A DNA stretch of 64,000 nucleotides, taken from the NCBI GenBank assembly GCA_020137815.1, contig CM035358.1, positions 5,828,001-5,892,000 on the forward strand, in the 5' to 3' direction. Positions within the stretch are counted from its first letter, which is position 1. Every line of letters begins with the position of its first letter. A model generated the notes under the pieces. It was not told where the DNA came from. It saw nothing but the letters and a program-made list of their open reading frames with translations, and made no database searches. Positions 49,694 through 63,126 of the stretch are shown piece by piece. Position numbers and translations under genes: made by a program. The stretch is from Hormiphora californensis. Taxonomy: Eukaryota; Animalia; Ctenophora.

Positions 49694-51066
49694 GGGGGGG
49701 TTCCAACCTATTTCTTGTATGTTTGTACGGAAAAAAACAGGGCTTTCCTCAAACAAAAAAATACAAAAAAATACAAAAAAATACAAAAAAGTACAAAAAA
49801 ATACAAAAAAATAAAAACAGTTTTATATGGTAATTTACCATTATTGTTCGAACTTTTACTGTTTTTAAACATTCTTCGACGCTATTTCACGCAATTTAGC
49901 ACAAAATATATACATATTTTACATATTTAGCATGCCAAAATCGCGAGAGAAATTTCCCCGAATCGCAATTTCTTACCGAGAAAATTTTCTCGAATCGTAT
50001 TTTCTAAGCGAGAAATTTCCCCGAATCGCAATTTCTTACCGAGAAAATTTTCTCGAATCGTATTTTCTAAGCGAGAAATTTCCCCGAATCGCAATTTCTT
50101 ACCGAGAAAATTTTCCCGAATCGTATTTTCTAAGCGAGAAATTTCCCCGAATCGCAATTTCTTACCGAGAAAATTTTCTCGAATCGTATTTTCTAAGCGA
50201 GAAGTTCCCCGAATCGCAATTTCTTACCGAGAAAATTTTCTCGAATCGTATTTTCTAAGCGAGAAATTTCCCCGAATCGCAATTTCTTACCGAGAAAATT
50301 TTCTCGAATCGTATTTTCTAAGCGAGAAATTTCCCCGAATCGCAATTTCTTACCGAGAAAATTTTCCCGAATCGTATTTTCTAAGCGAGAAATTCCCCGA
50401 ATCGCAATTTCTTACCGAGAAAATTTTCCCGAATCGTATTTTTTAAGCGAGAAACTTCCCCGAATCGCAATTTCTTACCGAGAAAATTTTCTCGAATCGT
50501 ATTTTCTAAGCGAGAAATTTCCCCGAATCGCAATTTCTTACCAAGAAAATTTTCCCGAATCGTATTTTCTAAGCGAGTAATTTCCCCGAATCGCAATTTC
50601 TTACCGAGAAAATTTTCTCGAATCGTATTTTCTAAGCGAGAAATTTCCTCGAATCGCAATTTCTTACCGAGAAAATTTTCTCGAATCGTATTTTCTAAGC
50701 GAGAAATTTCTCCAAATCGCAATTTCTTACCGAGAAAATTTTCTCGAATCGTATTTTCTAAGCGAGAAATTTTCCCGAATCGCAATTTCTTACCGAGAAA
50801 ATTTTCTCGAATCGTATTTTCTAAGCGAGAAATTTCCCCGAATCGCAATTTCTTACCGTTTATGTATAGCTGGGTTCCGTTTATGTTCATGTACATGTAT
50901 TATTTATACTTTTTTTCACGCACCCACATCCTTCATTATTTTTTTGTATTTTTTTGTACTTTTGTGTATTGTTTGTATGAAAAAAAACAGGAATTTTGGA
51001 TACTTTTATGTATGGTCCGTACAAAAAAATACAAAAAAATACAAAAAAATAGGTTGGAACCCCCCC
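49694..51066. mobile_element. 1.37-kb TIR element carrying a 63-bp tandem array
   Basis: TIR gggggggttccaacctattt / aaataggttggaacccccc; 8-bp TSD AGCTAGAG. Confidence 0.85.
49944..50857 (+). repeat. 63-bp minisatellite, ~14.5 copies, itself a dimer of ~31/32-bp subunits
   Basis: gcgagaaatttccccgaatcgcaatttcttaccgagaaaattttctcgaatcgtattttctaa. Confidence 0.95.
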
Positions 51067-51399
51067 AGCTAGAGCCCTGAAATTTTAAACTTAGGTTACT
51101 CTAGCTATTCTGTGTGTAGTAGGCTATATGGCATCTTGATTAGAGATCATTAAGTCATTAATTATGCATAATTTATGTATAAATTTATGAATATCTCGGT
51201 AATGACACATACTAGAGATAAATCGACGGTTCTAACCGACGCAAAATATTTGATTTATGGGGGGTCTTACTCCGGACAATTTTCTGTAACTTTTACCGTT
51301 AAGGAGTTATATGCACATAATTATGACAATATGCATTATATCTGAATATCTCAAGTTCTACTTATGATAGCGGCTTTTCATTGGTCGCATTGGACGGAG

Positions 51400-53100
51400 A
51401 ATAGTCAATTTATGGGGGGTCGTCCCCCGGACAAAAAGTCATATCTTGCACCGTTTAGCCGTTATTTGCATATTTATGCACCGATTCATGATTTATGCAT
51501 TTTCTGAATATTTCCACTTCAGCTGGTCCTAGAAAGTTTTTATGGACATATTTCGACGCAGAATAGTCGATTTATGGGAGGTCGTCCCCCGGACAAAAAG
51601 TTGTATCTCCCACCGTTTAGCCGTTATTTGCATATTTATGCGCCGATTCATGATTTAGTGCATATTCTGAATATTTCCACTTCAGCTGGTCCTAGAAAGT
51701 TTTCATGGACATATTTCGACGCATAATAGTCGATTTATGGGGGGTCGTCCCCCGGACAAAAAGTCATATCTTGCACCGTTTAGCCGTTATTTGCATATTT
51801 ATGCACCGATTCATGATTTATGCATTTTCTGAATATTTCCACTTCAGCTGGTTCTAGAAAGTTTTCATGGACATAGTTCGACGCAGAATGGTCGATTTAT
51901 GGGGGGTCGTCCCCCAGACAAAAAGTTTTATCTCCCACCGTTTAGCCGTTATGTGCATATTTATGCGCCGATTCATGATTTAGTGCATATTCTGAATATT
52001 TCCACTTCAGCTGGTCCTAGAAAGTTTTTATGGACATATTTCGACGCAGAATAGTCGATTTATGGGGGGTCGTCCCCCGGACAAAAAGTTGTATCTCTCA
52101 CCGTTTAGCCGTTATGTGCATATTTATGCGCCGATTCATGATTTATGCATTTTCTGAATATTTCCACTTCAGCTGGTTCTAGAAAGTTTTCATGGACATA
52201 GTTCGACGCAGAATGGTCGATTTATGGGGGGTTAGTAGAGTCGATAACTACATCGACCTCTCCCAATTGTTCCAGTTTTTGTCACATCTGTTTGGAGCCT
52301 CGACACGACCTCTAAACAGGTGTTACTTTTTCACAAACTGTTTTCATCTTGGTGTAATCAGCAGTTGAAATGTTGCTAATCATAACAAAAACCTGACTAA
52401 ATTTTTTCAACTTGGGGTAAAACCATGGGTGTCAAAAGTTAGCTCTAGGTCCCCTGAGTAACCATCCGGAGACTCTAAGAGATATTTCAAGCCGTTCTCC
52501 TGTAATCATTAATCCCGGTGGAGAAAAAAATACAATGCGGACGTACGTGAGCGCTGGCAGGCTGTTTACATGTTACTGTATGTCTCTCACTCTCTCTGGA
52601 AAAACCGCACGTGCGGTTGCGCCGCGCGAGATAACTCTTTCTCAAGGGGGAGAAAAGAGAGAGACGCACATTAACGTTATACATTAAAGTTGAGGTTGTA
52701 GGCAATTGCACGTACGTCCATACTCAAATATGTGCTCTACCGGGATTAATGATTACAGGAGAACGGCTTGAAATATCTCTTGGAGTCTCCGGATGGTTAC
52801 TCAGGGGACCTAGAGCTAACTTTTGACACCCATGGTTTTACCCCAAGTTGAAAAAATTTAGTCAGGTTTTTGTTATGATTAGCAACATTTCAACTGCTGA
52901 TTACACCAAGATGAAAACAGTTTGTGAAAAAGTAACACCTGTTTAGAGGTCGTGTCGAGGCTCCAAACGGATGTGACAAAAACTGGAACAATTGGGAGAG
53001 GTCGATGTAGTTATCGACTCTACTAGGTCGTCCCCCAGACAAAAAGTTGTATCTCCCACCGTTTAGCCGTTATGTACATATTTATGCGCCGATTCATGAT
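51400..53100 (+). repeat. 162/163-bp satellite (~6 units), interrupted by a palindromic element
   Basis: cgtcccc anchor recurs at 51421, 51583, 51746, 51908, 52071 and resumes at 53029. Confidence 0.9.
52233..53025. mobile_element. Foldback-type MITE with ~285-bp near-perfect arms
   Basis: tagtagagtcgataactac ... gtagttatcgactctacta; GGT duplicated at the flanks. Confidence 0.85.
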
Positions 53101-53124
53101 ACCTGTTTACAAAAATCCTGAGAA

Positions 53125-53401
53125 ACTAGACCAAAAAACAAAAGAAATTTGTTTGGAACACCCGTGGCCTTTTGTCGATACTTGACGCTGCGGGAAATGC
53201 ACCCTTCGTCAGAGCAAGACGTGTGGAAGAGTGAGAGAGAGAGAGAGTGTGTGTGTACTGTGTGTGTGCGTGTGTTAGAACTTGGAGAGATGGCACAACG
53301 ATACCTAGTAGCTCAGATTATGGGTGCATTTCCCGCAGCGTCAAGTATCGACAAAAGGCCACGGGTGTTCCAAACAAATTTCTTTTGTTTTTTGGTCTAG
53401 T
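53125..53401. mobile_element. Palindromic MITE with ~80-bp arms
   Basis: actagaccaaaaaacaaaag...gcaccc / gggtgc...ttttttggtctagt. Confidence 0.8.
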
Positions 53402-53409
53402 AACACATA

Positions 53410-53726
53410 GGGGGGGGGTGACACGTAACACTTTGTAACACTTTGTAACATGTAACGTGCACAAAATATTTTCTGCACATGTTACAAAGTGTTACAAGTG
53501 TTACAAAGTGTTACAAAGTGTTACAAAGTGTTACAAAATGTTGCAAAATGTTACAAAAAATGCCCATTTTGTAACATTTTGTAACACTTTGTAACATTTT
53601 GTAACACTTTGTAACATTTTGTAACATTTTGTAACACTTTGTAACACTTTGTAACATGTAACGTGCACAAAAAGTTTTCTGCACATGTTACAAAGTGTTA
53701 CAAAGTGTTACGTGTCACCCCCCCCC
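53410..53726. mobile_element. G-run TIR MITE filled with 10-bp TTTGTAACAC repeats
   Basis: ggggggggtgacacgtaac ... gttacgtgtcacccccccc; ACATA repeated on both sides. Confidence 0.75.
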
Positions 53727-54004
53727 ACATAACAGCCGTGCTAAGGTGATAACATCACCAATAAGATAGTAAGAGGTGCAGTGTCAACTGTTAAACTACT
53801 GTATCATTGACTTGTCTCATAAATGACTGAGATAATGACAAACCCTGACAAAAGTCAAAGGGTAGTTCTCTGCCAATCACTGTGTAAGACTGCGGTGCTT
53901 ATCTCCTATTCTAAGCCCTAAGCGACTCAGTACCGAGGTATGTACTAAACTTACAGTAAGGGGGCCAGCCCTATACGTACAGGGGAGTGTGACTTTCCAG
54001 CCGA

Positions 54005-54232
54005 AGCTCGGTCAACTATAAACTGACACAGTAACTAGGTACAGTAACAGTTTCCTGGTGATCAAAGGCCCTAAATTATTATAGCTCGGTCAACTATAAA
54101 CTGACACAGTAACTAGGTACAGTAACAGTTTCCTGGTGATCAAAGGCCCTAAATTATTATAGCTCGGTCAACTGTAAACTGACACAGTAACTAGGTACAG
54201 TAACAGTTTCCTGGTGATCAAAGGCCCTAAAT
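54005..54232 (+). repeat. 78-bp tandem repeat x3
   Basis: agctcggtcaactataaactgacacag... at 54005, 54083 and 54161. Confidence 0.9.
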
Positions 54233-54742
54233 GGGGTGATGATTGACCCATGATTTGTATTGGTTGTTGTAACATAACCCATGATCAAACCTTTAAAAAA
54301 CAAACACTACACTAGTACTATCTATACCGCTGTTGAACTCGACAGATACAGATGATCCTTGTTGACTTACTCAACAAGATGATTCAACCCTTGCAGTTAA
54401 AATAAACAGCCACCACATACTGTACTAGTGCACCGAGCCACGACCCTCATGTAACAGACTGAATCACTGTCAGGCCAATGCTCTGACAGCTGAATCACCC
54501 ATGATCCAACCCTATTTAAATAAACAGCCACCACGACCCACGTACCCCCCAGTTATCAATTATACCTGTTCTCCAATTCTCTCACGAGATCCCACTAAAT
54601 CGGGAGCTGTTAACTTCAGATCCAACTAAAAAACCCAACAGACAGACCCAAATTTTACAACCACCTAACTAACAACTACAACGCTGTTATTTAGCAACAT
54701 GTAGAGAGGAGATATAATCAGAGCAGTAGATTCCGCAGTGAA

Positions 54743-57566
54743 ATGAGCAAGTTTCCTCTTCTCACTACCAACCACTGGAACGTATTCAGTAAGGAGCGGA
54801 ACAGGTGTGCTACAAGAAAACGACACATTGGACCTGTCAGTTACCGGCAAGATGATGTGAGTAGTTACCATGGTTACCATTATAGTTACCATGGTTACCA
54901 TGGTTACCATGATAGTTACCATGGTGTTCGTAGACCGCATTGTGTTTTGTTCGCGCTGAAATGCTATTAAAATGTGCTTTTATATCAGCTATATAGTTTA
55001 CTACCCAGTTACTTCCTGGATTATATCTTTCTTACCTTGTTGGGACTGTGCCAATTTGACACCCATTTTGACACCTTCACGCTAGTAGACAGTAGTAACC
55101 TACGTACAACATCTAGATGATCTAGTGCGAGGGCAAATCAGCACCACGCACCAGAACTAGGTCTAGATCCCGGGGTGACCCACATCAGGAACCGACCGAA
55201 TCAGGAAATACTGGTCCCTGATTGGCTGATAACGAGTCACGTGACCTAAATAACGAGTTCTGATTGGCTGTTTACTTGTTTCGGTCGGTTCCTGACCCAC
55301 ATCTAAAACTCTGGTCAGAACTAGTGGTCAGAGTTTTTGTGACCAAAGATGTGGGTAACCCTATCCCGGTATACAATTCTATATAAATTGAGCTCTCGAA
55401 TATTGTACGTCCCTTTCAGAGCCCAACCGTCCAAGTAACTAGCCCCGCGGCGCGAGTTAAGGTATGCTGCAGTAGACCCCCCTCAGTCCTCACCCCTGGT
55501 TACCATGGTTACCACACACATGGTTACCATGGTAACCGTAGTACAGGGTGCATTTGTGTGTGTGTGTGAGTTATAGCTGTGCTAAATAACATGTGTTAGA
55601 GTTGGCATGCTAGAGTATACTTGTCATATTGCTGCCCGGCTGATCTATCCCCCTTTCACGTACAAATATAGATGTTAGTAACAGCTGTAACTACTAGTAA
55701 CCAACATTCTATGTAACCATGGTAACCATTTGATATATGTTACAGACGGGAGCTGATAATGATAACTTGTTGGAGCGGGGTGGTGGAGGGAATTTCAGTG
55801 GAGCTGCTGGAGGAGAGGCGAGCATGTTACCACCTGCCTTTACTGATGAGCTAACTAGTATAGAGTTCGAGATGAGTGATATTAAGAGGAAAATGACACA
55901 ACTTCAGTCTCTTCACTCAAACCATCTCAGGTAACTAATTGGTAACTAATTGGTAACTTATTGTTCCCAAATTTGTAACTAATTGGTTATTAATTGGTTA
56001 CTAATTAGTAAACTAATTGGTATAATTAGTTTCCATAATTGGTAACTAATTTCCCCAATTGGTAACTGATTTCTCTAATTACCCTCCATTTTATCACATA
56101 TCCACTACTACTCTAGTCTCAGTAGATTATAGCTTCCCTCCAACAGCCAATTGTATCCCCTATATTATTCCCAGGAACGCATTTGATGACGAGTCGGACA
56201 AAGAGAATGAGATTGAGATCCTGACGAAGCAGATCACACGTGGTTTCTTCAAGTGTCAAAACAGTATCAAGTTGATCGGGCAGCGGGCCAAGAATAGTAG
56301 CACACAACAACAGAGGATGGCTGCTAATATTATGTCCTCCCTCGCTACCACGTTACAGGTTCGTTATTATTAGGAACCGATCACCGAACCAGTGAATACT
56401 GGTCCCTGATTGGCTGATAACCAGTCACGTGACCTAAATAACGAGTTCTGATTGGTTGTTTAATAGTAGCACACAACAACAGAGGATGGCTGCTAATATT
56501 ATGTCCTCCCTCGCTACCACGTTACAGGTACTTTATTATAGGAGTAACATGGGAAGGGGTACCGGTCAGGCCGGTTGAACCGGTTAAAATGATTTTGTTA
56601 GATGTATTGCGATTTACCTCCTTGTATTAAAAGAGGGTCTTAGCTGGGCGAGTCTAGGGTTGAAGTAACCTAGGACAGGAAACACACGGCAAGTATAATT
56701 ATGCATCTAACATGGTAACCATGGTAACATCTCCCTGCAGGATGAGAGTCAGGATTTTAGGAAGTTACAAAACAGTTATCTGAACCGTCTAAAGGGCCGA
56801 GAGGAGAGGGAGAGGATGTTAGGGGTGGGTGATGACTCCTTCAAGCCCTCCTTTGAAGAGGATGCCGAGTTTATTGACAGCAAATTCACCAATCAGCAGA
56901 TTCAGGTAAACATTAATTAGATGATCAATCAATTAACTAATTATAAATTAATTAACATGGGGGCAACTGGAATGCCATTTTCATGACAACATTACTATTA
57001 ATTCAGTATTTAATTCAGTATTTAGTTACCCCGCAAGGGATTCACGCCCATACAGCAACCGCTCTTATCAAACCAACCCCTCCTTGCCAGATGGTGGAGC
57101 AGAACTCCCGGCAAGTGGAACAACGTGACGAGGAGATAAGAAAGATAGTAGAGAGTATAGCGGGGTTACAGGGGATATTCAAGGATTTAGCTAATTTAGT
57201 AGCGGATCAGGGCACTATATTGGATAGGATAGATTACAATATGGAACAGACTCTAGTAAAGGTAATTTTATAGTTTTGGTGATATTATTTATACATGCTC
57301 TATAAGCAGCGTCCCTTTGGGTTATCATATCTACGACAAAATTTTAAATAATTCTACATCAAGACTAATTAATTAGTTAGTTAATTAATTAATAACTTAC
57401 TAATTGATAACGATAATTCTATTTTCAGGTAGAGGATGGTTTTGAGCAGTTACAAAAAGCAGAACAACACCAAAAACGAGGCCGGAAGTGCATTTTCATC
57501 ATCTTCCTAGCTCTCGTTGTGTTGTGTATGATTGTGGCACTCTTTGCAATAAAACTGAAGAAGTGA
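54743..57566 (+). CDS. STX16: Syntaxin-16-like Qa SNARE; exons ~54743-54856, 55746-55930, 56175-56358, 56741-56905, 57091-57261, 57429-57566
   Basis: LPPAFTDE, ENEIEILTKQITRGF, QRDEEIRKIVESI..FKDLANLVADQGTILDRIDYNMEQT, QLQKAEQHQK, C-terminal TM. Confidence 0.88.
55186..55294 (+). mobile_element. 109-bp hAT-type MITE
   Basis: TIR caggaaccgaccga; 8-bp TSD ACCCACAT. Confidence 0.9.
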
Positions 57567-57778
57567 AGCGAGTTACTATCACCATCACCATGGTTACTAT
57601 CACCTCGGGAATCCCCCGTGGAGGACTTCTAGGAAGAAACAATCGAGATATATATTTGAGTTGCGATATTTTGTGTCGAAATTATATGTCGTGATGCCAA
57701 TAGTGTTACTCTCTTGATAATATTCTGTTAAATGTCTTTCTGTAACTCTGAGTGGAGGTTGAAGCTGAGTCCTTTTAG

Positions 57779-57887
57779 CAGGAACCGACCGAATCAGGAA
57801 ATACTGGTCCCTGATTGGCTGATAACCAGTCACGTGACCTAAATAACGAGTTCTGATTGGCTGTTTACTTGGTTCGGTCGGTTCCTG
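57779..57887 (+). mobile_element. 109-bp hAT-type MITE
   Basis: Same family; imperfect TSD CCTTTTAG/CCTTTTTA. Confidence 0.85.
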
Positions 57888-59483
57888 CCTTTTATTTATG
57901 AAAATTGAACGTGAATCATGCTCGGGCACAAGTCAAGTAGTATTCAACTTTTTACGTAAACTAGCAGCAATCTAACTGTCTGCAGTGGTGCTGGCACCGC
58001 GACCGACCCTAATTTTGAAGGTTTGCCCAGGTTCAGTCGGTGCCGCTAGACCCATTATTTACGAGTCTCTGAAGTTTTGTTCTTGCTGGTCAAGTGATTT
58101 ATTGGTACAACTGTGAAGATGATGATGAACACCTAATTAACGTTTGTACATTTTGTGAATAACTGAGTTTTTGTTGTCTTCTGATAGTACAGCACAGTTG
58201 ACCCAAATGATTTACACTTTACAGCGCGACGGAACCTGTTTTGAAACGAAACCTAAAACCAGTCAACAGTGCGCTCGTAAATCAAACCAATCAATTTGGT
58301 GGTAAATCGAAAGGATCAGCTGTGCTGTCGTGCTATAACTGTTACGTGCTGGTCGACACTCGAGTCTGGACAAACTTTGATTCGAAGTAATCAAAATCAA
58401 ATCTCACATACGAAGCGAGAATAGGTTGCACTTTGTTGAGTAAGTTGCACTTGCAATGGGTCCAACATTGAGCTGTGACCTCAGCTCAGAGCGTACACCT
58501 CAATGTAGCCCCATACTTGTTGTGTACCTATACCCATACTTGTTGTGTACCCCATACTTGTTGTGTACCCCATACTTGTTGTGTACCCCTTACTCAATGT
58601 AGCCCCATGATACACCCTCTAGGTTTGAAGTGACATCGCATCGGACTCCTAATGGGCTATGAGTTGACATGCTATATACTGTCCCTCGCAGAGGAGAGAC
58701 AGTGTAGCCAAGTGTAGCCTGTCAGTGACAGACAGTGACTGCATTGACAACAATGGGATGGTATTATAATACTGGTATGATAATGAGATGGGGCCCTAGT
58801 TCTGTCTGTCTGGCGCCGCGACCCATCTGAGCGCACAGATTTGAGATTTGAGAATCAAATGGGGTATGGCGCACAGATGGCACGTCACACAAGTGGTTGG
58901 GTTTTGTGATCTGCGAATGTCTCGCTGTGGGCCGTGGGGACAATCCTTCTAGAAGACCGAGCAAGTGCACGTGCAGTCGCGGCGCGCACGGTAAGATAAC
59001 TGGAAGACATTCAGCTGTTCTGTTACACACACTTTCTTTGTTCGTGTATTCTTTGTTCGTGTATTCTAATTGTTCCTTCTTTTGTGCCACATTTTGTAAC
59101 CTAAACCATGGCTGCATCCGGTAAAGACATCCGGTTACTAGTCGACTTGAAGGTAAATGTTGACTGTTTTAAAATATTTAGAACCATTAATTAAATCCGG
59201 TTTATAATTTTGATAAGTTTAAACAATTCCTTAATGGGGCACTATGCACTCGCCCTATCAGTCTGTCACGGGTTTCTGACATCTCTAATTTATATTCTGT
59301 GAGATCGTTCAAATCGTTAATCCTCTTGAAATCGGGAATTCTAAAATATTGGGCGATCAACAAACAATTCTGATTCTAAAGTACAATGGTATAGTTCACG
59401 ATCTTCTATGATTTCAAATCCGAAAAACTCTCTAATTACTGGTCAACATTAACTAATCAATTAATTAGCTAATTAACTACAGC

Positions 59484-61856
59484 TCATCTATTTTCATCGT
59501 CCTCCGTACTCCTAATACTGGTCATACTATTTTGCCTTTTTCCACGCAGCACAAAGGATGGTTTAGGGGCGACTAAAGTACTGTTTTTAACTGGTTGTTG
59601 ATGATGATTCTCGCTGACCTGTTTAGTCCTCTTTTTCTTCTTCTTTTTTCCTCCCCCAGAATTATCTTCCTCGCTCTCTCGACCCGAACTAGTGTTCTTT
59701 TTGGACGACCGAAATGAGGAGAAAATAGAGGTTTTCTTCCGTGGTTTCTCTCTGATGTTGTTGTTGTTGTTACCATGGTGACGAGTGGAGTCTGTACCCG
59801 ATATTGGACATGATTTGGGTCGGTCTGGGTGGTCCTCGGGCTGCTGACACGAACTGAAATATAACCTATTTTTAGAACGGTCATCGACCAGTCTGAGTCT
59901 TGATCAATCAAGATGAAAATCTAAGAACACTTTCTGCCTACTACTATCCAAATATGATTTCCACTGATTTGTTTTGTTACCTGCTATCCTCCTCATTGGT
60001 TGGAAACCTCACTAACTTCCGCTTGCTCCTCAGCTCAGCTCCGTAACCACTGTCCTTATCCTCTACCTAAAATAATGCAGTTGTTGAGTTTGGAACAGTA
60101 TCTCTCCGAGACTGCACTCAGAACAAGTTTACGAATTTGATTCTGTCAAACAGTTACCATGGTAACCCCACTTGCCTAATGCCTGGTCTGTTACCATGGT
60201 AACACCACTTGCCTGGTCTGTTACGATGGGTGAAGATGGTATCTGTGTACTCTCTCTATCACTGCAGCCCTCGTCAGCACTCAGATCAGTTCCATCCTTG
60301 GTATGGTTGGGAGCCCGAAGAGAGCTGTTCATGGAACAATAACTACTTGCCCTCAGATCCAAACTGTCCTCATCTCCATCAGTCGTTACGAAACTGGCGT
60401 CCTTTCTCAATCTAGATGAGGAGGGAGTTGTACTGTGATATGTATGTTTGCGAATTGCCGAATCAGTACAAAAACTCTTGATTCTTGATCCTCGGCCTAT
60501 TTGTTTTTTGTCGAGTAACTAACTAACCCTTGTCTAACGATAGCGTCCCGTTCAGCTTGCCTCAGGTGTGACTGTCTGATCTCTTCCTGTTCCCTCTGCT
60601 GCCTTATGTACTCCTCTGCTATCTCCTTTAGTGTTGGCCGCAGCTTCACCGGCTTCCTGGAATTAATCAATGATTATTAACCTGTCAGAGCATGCATTGG
60701 CCTGCTGACTTGTTGAGTAAGGGGGACTCCTTACTCAACAATTGCTGACCCTTTTCTCATTTCTGCACTAAAACAGCGGTCAGTGCATCGGTCTGATAGA
60801 CAATTACAATACTAGGTCATCCAATATATTTGATTGCTAATAGGCTGCCGAGGGAAAGCGGTACAAGATATTGCCTTTTTGGCCTGTGAGTAGATCATAA
60901 TTGATCTATTCACAGGCCAAAAATAAGGCAATACTAAGTTTGATATTATCAAAATGATCTTATTTGACAATACATAACTTCCAATCTGGTCAAACTTCAA
61001 TGTCATATCTTATTTTAGTGCTAAAAGTTGCCTGTGTAAACAAGATTTAAATGTACCAGATTTGTGATCTAATAGACCCAAATTTGAGTGATCTAATTTT
61101 TCCAGTAAATAACAAACAAGTAGTATGTAAAATGGTAACCCGCTGTATCCAATCATATGATGCTAATTAATGATCATTATATGTAGGATGCACTATTGCA
61201 TGGACTAAACAAGACAATTTATTAGGAACCGACCGAATCAGGAAATACTGGTCCCTGATTGGCTGATAACCAGTCACGTGACCTTAATAACGAGTTCTGA
61301 TTGGCTTGTTTACTTGTTTCGGTCGGTTCCTGCAATTTATCTGTACACAAACTTAAATGTTCTGTGCTTTTGGCGACCGATTGCAATTATACCCATGCAA
61401 TTATGACCAATAAACGTTCTACCATTCCCCATGCCGTGACCGGAAAGTTAGTAAAGAGAAGTTAGCACATAACAAAGAGAGATCATGTGAGTTATCTATT
61501 TGCCTCTAGATACGGTATATGACTTCTGTAATCGACCAGGGTTAGAGTGATACGGTCTGAAGAAGGCGTGGAACTTATGCCATATAAGTAGTGGAAGACT
61601 AAGTCACTAAAAAACCGATATAAAAATGATCTTGCGAGAGTGCTCTATCCAGAGAAAAACTTGCTTTTTCTCTTTGTAAAAAAAACAGATATACATGTGA
61701 GTCAAAACATCCCAGGGTTACCTTATATCACACTGTTCCCATCCTCTGTGTTTCGTATCCTCCTCCGTCCCACTATGCCCCTCAATATCTCCACTGTGGT
61801 CCAGGTGATCTGGCCCATCATGGATCCCAGTGATCCCTGGTCTCCGAATCTTCCTC
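59484..61856 (-). CDS. Unidentified multi-exon, mostly low-complexity protein (5' end uncertain)
   Basis: In-phase exons such as ...WEQCDI|RKPVKLRPTLKEIAEEYIRQQREQEEIRQ...; exon-like blocks near 61720-61856, 60528-60657, 60175-60412, 59981-60066 and 59484-59855. Confidence 0.4.
61223..61332 (+). mobile_element. 110-bp hAT-type MITE
   Basis: Same family; 8-bp TSD CAATTTAT. Confidence 0.9.
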
Positions 61857-63126
61857 CTGAAAGAAAAGCAGAGTAGTAGGGACAGTCAGAGCATTGGCGG
61901 AGCGGGTGAGAACCGCGGGAGAGAAGAGAGTGGGGATGAAGAGATCAGGAGGATTGTATTCAAAATGGTAGGGACGGATAGAGTTGAGGTGGTAGATAGA
62001 ATAGTAGATGAATAGAAGATTATGGCCACTAGAGGGTGGCTTAACTAAAAAAGCCACCCTCTAGTGAGGCGTGATAGATCATGACCGATTCTTCCACTGT
62101 TCCACTTTGTCAACCCACTCTACAGCTGTCATGTTACCCCTAGAACTACACACCTTGGCCTTTGGTTTATCGGATGACTCTGTTCTAGTTCGATGGAAAG
62201 ATATAAAGATGCGGGGTATGGTTGGTAGATGACTTTCTTCTAAAGGGTAATCCATGTGGTATCCATCTAGAGATTGAATGTAATCTCAGCTCTGCAGTAA
62301 AAACATGTAAACTGGCACTATCATGCAATTCACGAGACTCAATAATTATAGTTTATGAGTTTATTGGACAAATTGATAGAATCGCTGGGTACTTAAAGAC
62401 CCATTTTATAAGAAATGAAAGGAGTCAATAGACGAATCTGAATCAGTAAGCTGCACAAAAGCAAACCCCATCAATGAAAAAAGGTCTAGTTTGTTACAAT
62501 TATACGGCAAGAGAAATGATCCGCCGCCCATGTCTAAATGTGCTATTTCTCAGAAATGCAATTTGTGTAGGCATATTCAACGGGTAATCTGCACACACAC
62601 ACACAAACGTACTGGTTGACGACGATCGGGTATAAGGCGACGGAAAATAGGGAGGGAGAGATTTAGAGACAGGGAGAGAGAGAGAGCCAGAGAAGGAGAG
62701 TGGCAGAGAGAGCCAGAGAAGGAGAGAGATAGAAAGAGAAGACGCATCCTTCGTGATTGCCTGCTAATACTGCCCTGGATAAGGTTATCATCATCTCTTC
62801 TTTTTCTCACACGATCATATCTGTTTCTCTTTCACTTTGCAACTTATCGAAATCATCCAAAAATAATTTCCTACCCTTATAATACTCTTATTTTTTTGTC
62901 GGCGGGGTGGTGTAGTGGTAACACACTGGCACGACTTAGTAGTATTATTTTTTTAATACTCTTACCAATGAAGGTGCTTAGGTGTTACCATGGTAGCCAA
63001 TAAGATACGTACCCCGGTAGGTGAGCAGGGTGGTTTATCGTTGGTATACCACCGGTTACAGCACAGGTACGTATCACACATGTCCGTCGCAAAGGCATTG
63101 AAGATCTGGTCCATGTGCGAGCACCT

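Noticed and set aside
49944-50857. CRISPR array or repeat-protein ORFs (49927-50896)
   Set aside because: Contiguous units with no unique spacers, no cas genes and a eukaryotic context; the ORFs arise because the unit length is a multiple of 3.
62901-62930. tRNA gene
   Set aside because: Only an A-box-like 5' fragment; no B box or cloverleaf.
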